Source: the human T2T-CHM13v2.0 reference genome, Homo sapiens. From it: a stretch of 64,000 bases of DNA. Below are positions 48,571 through 60,236 of this stretch, one piece after another. Location of the stretch: assembly GCF_009914755.1 (NCBI RefSeq), contig NC_060929.1, one strand, 5' to 3'. The notes under the pieces were generated by a model. It saw only the letters and a program-made list of their open reading frames with translations. It ran no database searches and was not told the origin of the DNA. Position numbers and translations under genes: made by a program. Position 1 is the first letter of the stretch, and every line of letters starts with the position of its first letter.

Positions 48571-50610
48571 TGAAATTATCCCACTGTTAAAAAAGGTTAA
48601 GTCATCTCTATTTGTATAACTATGTACAATGGCCATGCTAGTCTTAAGTTAAAAAAAAAACAAGTAGATAACAAAACAGTATATGTTATATAACCCACTT
48701 TTACAAATAAGTGTCTAAAATATTTTTATGCTTGGACAAAAAATATTTTATGCCAAAATAATACATAGATTTAATTGTTCATAAGATTATATCTAAAGGA
48801 AAAAGATTTTAGGAACCTCACTCCATAACCCATAAGGTTTCAATTTTTAAAACAAGCTTCGTTGCTTTTAGAGTTAGGAAAAAATAATAAAATATTCCCA
48901 TTTAGAAAAAAATAAAAATAATGTTATGGCTAAAACATCAAAGAACTTAAAATATTTTGTCATTTGTGGCAAATGCTGCTTGGTGGCCAACCCATGCTTC
49001 CATTCCCAGTACTCTTCTCCTTTGCGTGTCTTCCACTATAGAAGTTGGAAGGGTGAAATCGTCACTTTGCAAGCCTTCCTTGCAGCTAGGGTGCCTACCA
49101 TGTGGTAGGTCTGGGCAATGAGATAAAAGTGAAAGTCTGCTGAGGAGGTTGATATCACTGACTCCCTTTTCTCTTCTTCTTTCCTGCCCTCACAGAGCAC
49201 ACATCTTGTGGAAAAGTTGCCATTACAAGACCATGTGACATATGCTATGAAAGCAGGTGTATGCAGGACTAAGACAGTTCAGTGGAGGGGTGTGAGATCC
49301 AGCCTGGGACTTGGAAGTTGGCTATCCAGAGAAGACAATATCTAAGCTTCAGAGGGGAGCATGTGGAGGATGCAGAGAAAGAATATCCTAACAGAGGAAA
49401 ATTGGGTCGCCATACTCTCAAGGGGCAGCAAATTGGAGATGAAGTCATATCTGCTGCACATTTATATATTTCCTCCTTGAATCAGGATGTGTTCAGCTGT
49501 AAATAACAGACACTCTGACTCACAGTAGCTTAACCATAGGGTGTTTCATTAGCTCACAAGCGAAAACGTTGAGAAGTAGATGTTTCCAGGGTTTCTCCAG
49601 GAGCCTTACAATATCTGGGTTCTGAGTCCATTTCCCTTCAGTTCTCATGGTCTTTCCCTCATGGTCACAATATGGCTGCCTCACCTGCAGGATCAAAGGA
49701 AGGAGGTCATGGGATAAGCCATCGGGGCAGCAGGAGAAGGTGTGCCTGGTGTCTGTCTTTCTTATTATAAGAGGAAATTTCCTCGTCCCTCCATCACATT
49801 GGCCAAACTGGGTCACATGACAACCCGTAGTGGCAACAGAGTCTAGGAAAACTGTTCTCTAAATTTCCAGCAGTTGAAGTGGGTACAGAGCAGGGGTAAA
49901 GGGAGTTGGGAATCATTGTAGTGAACATCAGTGCTCTCTGCCTCTGCCTAGACCGGGAACAAGCTGCCCAAGACTTCTTTGGCTGGGCCTTAGGCTCACC
50001 TCCTTAGCCTCACCTCTGAGCCCCTTATCTCATAGGACTCTAATTAATGACCGAGCCAGGCTCCCAGGGGCTCATCCTAGGCTGATCCCTGGACCTGGCT
50101 TTCCCTGTATTCTGGGCTATTAGTTTCTTACTTAAGTCCCCAGTCCTGGGATGCCTGTGTCAGTCAACATGTCCCCCAGCTGCCCAAAATGTTCTCTCCC
50201 ATTCTCGCTCTAGTAGGTGACTAAGAGTTCCTATTCTGGTTATTTGTCTGGGTGCTCCAGAGAATTAAAATAAATAGGATATATATGGGACCCAGGAGAG
50301 AACTAATGCTGCAGTTTAAGTCCAAATTCTGTAAGAAGAAATCCCTCTTGCTTGAGGGAGATCAGTCTTTTTGGTCTGTTTAGCTCTTCCACTGATTGAA
50401 TAAAGTCTATCCACAATATGGAGGGCAATATGCTTTACTCAAAATCCACCAACATAAATGGAAAGCTTACCCAGAAGCATCCTCACAGAAACATCCAGAA
50501 TAATGTTTGACCAAATATCTGGGCATCATGGCCCCATCCAAGGTGACAAATAAAATTAACTCTCATGCTCTGCTAATTCCTTGCTGTTAGGCCCTAGACA
50601 AGTCATTTCT

Positions 50611-53596
50611 TATATTAGACCATTCTTGTGTTGCTATAAAAAAATAAATGAGACAGTGTCATTGATAAGGAAGAGATTTAATTGGCTCACAGTTCTGCTG
50701 GCTGTACAGGCCTGGCACCAGCATCTGCTTGGCTTCTGGTTAGGGCCTCAGGAGCCTACAATCATGGTGGAAGATGAAGGTGGAGCAGGTGCATCAGGAG
50801 CAGGAGCAAGAAAGCAAGAGGAGAAGGTCCCAGACTTTTAAAAAAACAGATCTCGTGTGAACTCACTCATCACCAAAAGGATGGTGCTAAGCCATTCATG
50901 AGGGATCTGCCTCCATGATCCATACACCTCCCACTAGGCCCTACCTCCAATACTGGAGATTACATTTCAACATGAGGCTTGGAGGGGACAAATATCCAAA
51001 CCATCTTATCCACCCCTGGATCCCCAATTCCTATGTCCCTCTCACACTGCCAAATACAATAATCTCTTCCCAACAGTCCCCTAAAGTTGTAACTCATTCC
51101 AATATCAAGTTCAAAGTCCTAAGTCTCATCTGAGACTCATCTTCCTTCCACCTACAAGACTGTAAGATCAAAACAAGTTATTTACTTCCAAGATACAATG
51201 GTGGTACAGGCATTGGATAAACATTCACAAAGGGAGAAATTGGTCAAAAGAAAGGGGCAACAGGTCCCACACAAATCTGAAATCCAGCAGTGCATTTGTT
51301 AAATCTTAAAGCTCCAAAATAATCTCCTTTGACTCCATGTCCCATATCCAGAGCACGCTGGTGAAGGGGTGGGCTCCCAAGGCCTTGGGTAGCTCTGCCC
51401 CTCTGGCTTTGTTGTGTGTAAACCTACATGGCTGCTCTCAAAGATTGGAGTTGATGCTTGAAGCTTTTCCAGGGTCAAGGTGCAAGCTGCCAATGGATCT
51501 ACCACTCTGGGGGCTGGAGGCCAGTGATCCCCTTCCCACAGCTCCACTAGGCAGTGTCATGGTGGGAACTCTGTGTGGGGGCTCCAACCCCACATTTCCC
51601 CCTTAGAATTGCCCTAATAGTGTCTCTCTGTGGGGACTCCACCCCTGCAGCAGACTTCTGCCTGGGCACCCAGCCTTTTCCATACATCCTCTGAAATGTA
51701 GATGGAAGCCACAAAGCCTCCTTCATGCCTCCATTCTGAGTATTTGTAGGCTTAACACTACATGGAAACTGCCCAGGCTTATGGCTTGCACCCTGTGGTG
51801 CTGTTGCCCAAGTTGTACCTGGACCCCTTTGAGCTGAGGCTGGAGCTAGAGCTACCAGGATGCAGGGAGCAGTGTCCTGCTGCTGTGCATGGAAGTTCCA
51901 GGCCTGGCCTGGGAAACCATTCTTTCCTCCTAGGCCTCTGGGTCTGTGATGGGAGGGGCTTCCTAGAAGAGCTCTGAAATGCCTTCAGGGACTTTTCCCC
52001 ATTGTTTTGGATATCAGCACCTGACTCCCTTTTAGTCATGCAAATCTCTCTAGTAAGTGGTTGCTCCACAGCCTGCTTGGATTCCTCTCCTGAAAATGGG
52101 CTTTTCTTTTCTACCGCATGGCTAGGCTACAAATTTTCCAAACTTTCATGCTCCCTTTATATATAAGTTCCAACTTAACTCATTTCTTTGCTTCCACAGA
52201 TGAGCATAGGCTGTTAGAAGCAGTCAGGTCACATCTTGAAGGGTTTGCTGTTCAGAAATTTCTTCTATTAGATACTCTAGGTAATCACTCTTAAGTTCAA
52301 ACTTTCACAGTTCCCTAGGGCATTAACACAATATAGCCAAGTTATGTGCTAAGGCATATAAAGGGTGACCTTTGCTCTGGTTCCCAATAGTTTCCTCATT
52401 TCTTTCTCCTTTCCTTTCTTTTCCTTTCCTTTCCTTTCCTTTCCTTTCCCTTTCTTTCCTCTCCTTTCCTCTCCTCTCCCTTTCTTTCTTTCTTTCTTTC
52501 CTTTCTTTCTCTTTCTTTCTTTCTCTTTCTTTCTCCCTTTCTTTCTTTCTCTCTTTCTTTCTCTCTTTCTCTCTCTCTTTCTCTCTTTCTTTCTCTCTTT
52601 CTCTCTCTCTTTCTTTCTCTCTCTCTCTTTCTTTCTTTCTTTTTATCTTTCTTTCTTTCAACAGAGTCTTGCTCTGTTGCCCAGGCCAGACTGCAGTGGC
52701 ATGATCTCAGCTCACTGCAACCTCCTCCTCTTTGTTTCAAGAGATTCTCCTGCCTCAGCTTCCTGAGTAGCTGGGACTGCAGGTGCATGCTACCACACTC
52801 TAATTTTTTTTATTTTTAGTGAAGCTAATTTTTTTTATTTTTAGTAGAGACAGAGTTTCACCATGTTGCCCAGGCTTGTCTCAACTCCTGACCTCAAGTG
52901 ATTCACCCACCTCAGCCCCCCAAAGTGCTGGGATTACAGGTGTGAGCCACTGTGCCTGGCCAGGTTCCTCATTTCTAACTGAGGCTTCATCAGCCTGGAT
53001 TTCACCATCCACATCACTATCAGCATTTTAGTCACAACTATTTAGCCAGTTTAAGTTCCAAACATTCCCTTATCATCCTGTCTTCTTCTGAGCCCTCAAA
53101 ACTCTTCCAGCCTCTGCCCATTACCCAGTTCTGAAGTTACTTCCCCATCAGCTATCTTTACAGCAAACCTCTACTCCTTAGTTCCAATTTTTTGTATTAG
53201 GTCATTCTTGCATTGATATAAAGAAATACCTGAGGCTGGGTAATTGATAAAGAATAGAAGTTTAATTGGCTCATGCTTCTACAGGCTGTATAGTCATGAC
53301 ACCAACATCTGCTCAGCTTCTGGTGAGGGCCTCAGGAAGCTTACAATCATGGTGAAATGCAAAGCAGGAGCAGGCACATTACATGGCAAAAGCAGGAACA
53401 AGAGAACAAGTCAGGGGAGGTCCACAGAGTTTTAAAAAACCAGATCTCATGTGAACTCACTCATCACCAAGAGGAGAGCGCTAAGCCATTCATGAGAGGT
53501 CTGCCCGCATGAACCAAACACCTCCCACCAGGCCTCTAACATTGGGGATTATATTTCAACCTGAGATTTGGAGGGGAAGCTATCTAAACCATATCA
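50611..53596 (-). mobile_element. Two-LTR MaLR provirus (MSTA/B: LTR 50,611-51,008; internal; LTR 53,193-53,596)
   Basis: Two homologous ~400-bp LTRs in the same orientation flank MST/THE1-internal sequence (cttccaagatacaatggtggtacaggcattgg; aaatcttaaagctccaaaataatctcctttgactccatgt); the element splits a MIR. Confidence 0.9.
52400..52961 (-). mobile_element. Old Alu in MST-internal sequence, tail expanded into a ~260-bp C/T microsatellite
   Basis: TSD agtttcctcatttct/aggttcctcatttct; tract 52,400-52,659. Confidence 0.9.
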
Positions 53597-55589
53597 CTCC
53601 CCTTCCTGTAAAAATGGAGATTGTACCCTTTGCTCAGTGAGGCTATTGTGAGGTTAACTGAGATATTCCATGTGCCCACTTGGCACACAGTAAGCATTCA
53701 AGAAAATGTTACTTCCCTCCCCTGTCTCTTAGGTACTTTACAAATCACTTCCCTCAGATCTTGTCTTTCTTATGATCTGAATTAAGAGACTCAAGAGCTA
53801 TAGTCGACTTGTGCTGGGCCATGGATCTGTGAGTCACATAGCTTTGAGGCCCAAGCAGGGCCCCAGTAGCAGTACCACGGAAGTGAAAATTACAGGGGAT
53901 TTGGAATTGGGGACATGCGTCTGCTCAAGGAGACAAAGAAGATGATTGGCCAGGAGAGGCAGAAAAAAAGGAATAGATGTTGCCTGAAGATTGTCCAGGT
54001 TCTGTGAGACCAAGCTGCGTGTCCTAGCCTTTTCTCATGACGTCCTGAATTTCATTTCCATAAAGTCCTGCATGCTTGAGCCAGTTCCAGGCATCTCTGT
54101 TCCTTGAAATCAGAAGATGCCTGAGTTTGTTCTTTCTTCTATCAAACACCAGGGAGAATGCTCTCCCGCTCACCATCTCTCAGATGAACATTCTATCTTG
54201 CACTGACCACCTTCTATTGCCACCAGGATGCAGCCCAGGCTTCTTAGCAGAATGTTCAAGGGCTTCTATGCTCTACCCCAACCCACCTCTCTATCCCATA
54301 ACTCAGCAATACCTCTGTCCCTTTTTCCCTATTAACACCTCATACTTACTTCTTTCTATGCTTTGTCTCTGCTTGAAACATCCCTCCCAGCCCTTCCCAT
54401 GAACGAAGTCCTATTTATGCTTCCAGATCCGCTATGAAAGTTGCCTCCTGGATCCCTCTCCACCCCCGGCTGAATCATTCTCTACTCTAGGTTCCCATAG
54501 AACCGTCTATTTTGCTGTTGGAGTGGACCGGGAGAGCAGAGTGGTTAAAAGCAGAAACCTGGTGAAGTGAATCCCCCAGCTAGCTGTGGGACCTGGGAGA
54601 CATATCTGACTTTCTGAGCCTCAGTTTCCTTATCTGTAACTTGGAGGAAATGAGAGTATCTGCCTCACAGAGCTGTGGTGAGAATTACAAGAGATGATGT
54701 ACCCAAATAACTTAGCACAGTATACAGAAAACAGCAGATAGTCAAAAAATGATGTTCCCTCCTCCCCTTGCAAGCCAAAACTGGGTCACTGTGCAATTTC
54801 AGAGATGCTGGGGGAAGCAGCCAAGCCTGGGGTCTCCGGAGTAGCACTGGTGGGGCAGGAATTAGCTGTATCCATCTAGGGACTCCCAGCCCCGAGACCT
54901 TTCCAATGCCTCTCTCAAGGTTCTCAGTACACGACAGCCAGGAAATCCGCACCCACACAGCCCAACCACAGTTCAGGTGCCCTACCACAAACCCAGAGCT
55001 ACCACACAGCACAGGATGCAGACAAGAAATAACCAATGACAAAAACCAGTAGGTTTTTATCAGAATTTTCCACAGACCACTTAGGTAAAAGTTATTACCA
55101 TACCATGTCATTCAGTATCTTAATTGTTGGGTTTATGGGTTTTTTTGGTGGTTGTTATTTTGTTTTGTTTTCCGATTTCAAGCAGTCAGACTCAGCAGGG
55201 ATTACTCATTCCAAAGAAAGTACGTTTTTCTATTTTGGTCCAATAGTGGTTTGGATTTCCTCAGAATGAGAGGCCTCTTCCGGCTTCCTTTGAAAGATGG
55301 TTCTTGTTACATACAGAGAGCCAGAAGGGATTTCGGGCCATCAGATCCCAAAGCCCTCCGGCAAGGCAGGGAGCCTCAATTCTGGTTATTCGTAACAACA
55401 AAGACTCCTTTTATGATGAAGATGCTTAGGAGCTTCCAAAGGTTTTCAGATCTAGTACAGAATTGGAAATTTTGAGAGCTGGACAGGGTCAACAGTGCTG
55501 TCCTGATCAGATGGGTGGCCAACCATGAACTGCTTCCAGCAGTAAATCACTTTACAGTGTGTGAAGGATATCACTACCCTATTAGAACC

Positions 55590-56072
55590 TCTACAGCTCC
55601 ATTGCATTTAGGATGAAATCCACCACCTTACCACGGCCTACAAGACCCTGCACCAACCCCATCTCTGGCCATTGTCCCTCTTCTTCATACACCCGGCCAC
55701 ACCGACTTTGTCCCTGTTCCTTGTCAAGGCCAAGCTTGCCCTACGCTAGAGCATTTGCACTTATTGGTCCTTCAAAAGGAGGCTGCTCCCCCTTCTCAAC
55801 AAATGCCTGGCTCAGTGCAAATGTCACAGGCTCAGAAAATCCTTCCCCAAGTATCTTAAACAAAGTGCTAGCCCAGTCACCCTCCATGACATTACCCTGT
55901 TGGCTTTCCCCAAAGCAATTATCTGTAGCTGGAATTATTGGGCTCATTTCATCTACCTCTAGCGTGGCAGGTCCTTGCTTATTTTGCTCATTGCTGCATC
56001 CCAGAGTAGACCCAGTGCCTGACACATACGCAGTAGGTACTCAATACATGTTTGTTGAATGAATAAATGAAT
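55590..56072 (+). mobile_element. L2 3' end
   Basis: cagtgcctgacacatacgcagtaggtactcaatacatgtttgttgaatgaataaatgaa terminus. Confidence 0.85.
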
Positions 56073-57627
56073 TTTATATCCTTTCTTTAAAAAAACCTGA
56101 GCCTCATCCACACACTTTACAACAGACATTGTCTCTTTACAAGGTTAATGTTACTGTTATGCGTATTTTATGGTCAAGGAAATGGACTTCAAGATGGGTG
56201 CTGATTCTCCCAACGCCACTTACCTAGTCATTCACTGCAGCATAACAAACCACTCGAGCTAGCTTTAAACCACTTGAAACCACTCCACTAGCTTTAAACA
56301 GTGCTTCTTGTGCTGGCCCCACCTGAGCTTATTCACGTGGCTGCATTCAGCTAGTGGTCTGCTGTGAGGGCTGCAACTGCTGGGCATCTCTCTCCGTGCG
56401 GCCTTTCATCCTAGATAGCTTCACAGCATGGTGGTCTTGGGTATTTTTCGGAGAAGGGGAAAGCTAAGGCTGCCAGGTCTCTTAAGGCATAACCTTGGAA
56501 GCCACACTGCATCACTTCTACTGGGTTCTATGGGCCAGAGCAAGTCTCAAGGCCAGTCCAAAGTTCAAGGAGCAATGAAATATACTCCACCTCTTGATAG
56601 GAGGTGCTGTTCCATTGTAAAGAAGCCTGGGCTGAATTGCCAGGTTTGTCTTTGAAAATCCATCACAGCTAGTGAGTATTGGAACCAGCCTGGCTGAGCT
56701 TGTGACTCACTAAGGCAGACCAAGGGACCGTGACTATCCAGCAATATCAGATGACTCTAGAAACCGCAATGGCCTACAACGTGTAATGTAAGTATCTCTC
56801 ACTTACACATGTCCACTGGCGGCCGGCTGGGCCTCTGCAGTTTCACTCTGGGACCCAGGTGATGGAGCAGCCTCTCCCCTGGCACAACGCCTGAATGGTT
56901 CCAGTCTTGTGGCAGACAGGAAAGGAACGTGGCAGGCACTCGCTGGCCCTAAAGCCTCTCCTCAGAAGAAATACACATCATTTCTATCAGCACATCAGTA
57001 GCCACACAAGTCCCAGACACATCATCCTCTTTCCGGGAGGGTCACTGAAGATGCATGGATGGTGATTCCATCACCCCGGAGCCCGTTTTCCTCTTCAGCT
57101 CCTTTAAAAACACATTCTTTACTGAGTGGAAATGCATCTCATTCTATTTCTACCATTAGCCTCAGTGCTGCTCTCTCATCTGTTCCCTCTGCACAGAGGT
57201 CCTTCATAGAGATGAAGGTCACTGGAGCCTTCTCTACTCCAGGATATACATCCCAGACTTTCCAGCCCTCCCCTGCTTAAAGACCTGCCATAATCCCCCT
57301 ATTGATAACAGGATCAAGTCCAAACTGTCATCTGAGTCCTTCAGGCCTCCCCCGATCAGGTTCCCACTGGCCTCTCCAGCCTTGTCTCCTGGCTCTGTCT
57401 GTGCTCCCCACACCTTGGCTTGCAGCCCTGCTGAACCTCACGCCTCAGTTCCTTTCTCTGTGCTGTGACCTCAACCTGCACAGCCCTTCCCCTCTTCTCT
57501 AGCTTGTGAAATGTTGCTTTCCTTTTAGGATTGGGCTGTAAAGTAATCTCTTTGAAGATAATCCTGTTTTTCCTTTGTCAGGTTCAATCAACTTTTTCAT
57601 TTTCTAAACCTCTTTGTTATAGCATTT

Positions 57628-58700
<1,073 letters not shown>

Positions 58701-59599
58701 CTCCCCAGAAGGTGTGAACTGAGACCTAGGGGACCATGGCCCCTCATCCTCTGCATCGCAGCCCCTGGCACAGGGCTGGTCCATGGTGACAGAATGGCTT
58801 GAGGTGGTGCATCAATCAGCAGTGGCATGTGTCTGAAACGCATGCTAGCTGAACCCTCCTCGCTTTCACCATCCTTTGCCAAGCTTCCACAGAAATCCCC
58901 CTCCACACACCAGGCTCCCCAAGCAAACCGGGGCAGCCCAGCTGACCGCCTGCCTCCCCTGCACTGGGCTGCTGTCCAGGCCTGGCGAAAATCTCTCACC
59001 ATCCTGCCCACCCAGGCTCCCTCCACGGAGATCTGTGTGGTTAGCACAGTGGCCTTGATATCTTGATATTTAGGAGACGGCTTTTCCCATCTGAGCCTCC
59101 ATTTTCTCATCTGGAAGGTGGGTGTTATTCTCCCTACCCCCAAAACCCCTTTTCCCAAAGCCCACTTCCTTACTTTTCTCTCTCTTCATCCGTTCCTTCA
59201 ACCAAAACAAAGCCACTGTAGGGTTTTTGAAGTTTCCTGATTTTTTTTTTTTTTTTGTGATTAATAACCCCTGGACTAATTAATTTCTGCATTTGTGTTT
59301 CTAGATTTCAGATTCCAGAATTATTCAAGCTTTTCCCTCAAAACTAGCTATTTCCCCCTTCTAGCCTGACTCTAGCTGGGTCCTGGGCGCCCAATGTGAG
59401 GGATGTCACCTGACCTCCTGGGTCTAGCGCCCACCCGGGGCAGGTCCTCCAGCTGTGGCCACTCAGCCAATATCTGCACAGGTGGCGGTTGCCCGGTCAA
59501 GGGCGGGCTCACAATCTGCGGGGCGGGGAGAGGGAAGGAGCCAGGGAGAAAAGGGAGAGAAAGAGGGGGCAGTGTGGCAGAAAGGAAGAGGAAGGGGCA

Positions 59600-59934
59600 A
59601 GTGTCAGAGTCGGCGAGATGAGGAGGGAGGGTGTAGGAGAAAGGAAAATAGAAAGTGGGTGAGACCGTGGGAGAGGGAGACTGGGGGAGAAAATGTGGGC
59701 GTGTGCGCGCTGAGAGAGAGAGAGAGAGAGAGAGACTTGGAGAGGGAAGGAAGGGAAGGAGCGTTGAGAGCAAGGAGGAGCGAGTTGGGGGCGGAGACGA
59801 GGAAGTGGGTGCGAGGCGCGGGGCGCAGGCCGTGCGCGCGCCGCCCGCTGCATCCCTGCCCGGAGCGCAGCCGGCGCGGGCGCGGGACCGAGGCGAACCG
59901 GGTGCGGAGCCAATACCCGCGGCAGCAGCACCAG
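59600..59934 (+). other. EYA2: Putative non-coding first exon (5'UTR) ending at splice donor CAG|GTAACG; start approximate
   Basis: Strong 5' splice site ccag|gtaacg (GT at 59,935-36) inside the CpG island, downstream of CCAAT/GC boxes. The two upstream ATGs open only short uORFs that end before the donor. Identity is from recall. Confidence 0.65.
59712..59735 (+). repeat. (GA)12 microsatellite in the putative first exon
   Basis: Direct count of 24 nt. Confidence 0.95.
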
Positions 59935-60069
59935 GTAACGCGGCCGCCGCCTCCCCGCGGGGCCTCGGCTCGGGGTGGGGTCCCAGGCGGGCTTGGGGAC
60001 CCGGCGTGGGCTGGCGGAGCCGCCCGAGGGGCTGCTCGGGATCCCCGGCGGCCGTCGTGGCCCCGAACC

Positions 60070-60236
60070 CGGGTTCGAGCCTCGGCCCCACCGCTCCCTG
60101 GCTGTGCCTGACCTTGGGCAGGTGCCTCCGCCTGGCCTGCGAGCCTCAGTTTCCTTGTCTGTGACCGCGGGGGTCGTGCCTTCCCCAAGGGGGCGTTGAG
60201 AGCTCGGGATGCAGCCCCGGTGCACAGCAGTGCTCG
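60070..60236 (+). mobile_element. GC-enriched MIR inside the CpG island (intron 1)
   Basis: gggttcgagcctcggcccc...ctggctgtgcctgaccttgggcagg...gagcctcagtttccttgtctgtg matches the MIR core. Confidence 0.75.

Noticed and set aside
52323-52788. Lys/Glu/Arg-rich and Phe/Leu/Ser-rich ORFs
   Set aside because: Translations of the pyrimidine tract in an Alu tail.
59422-59440. CTCF-like site (reverse complement ccccgggtgggcgctag)
   Set aside because: Lacks the conserved core A; too weak to call without ChIP data.
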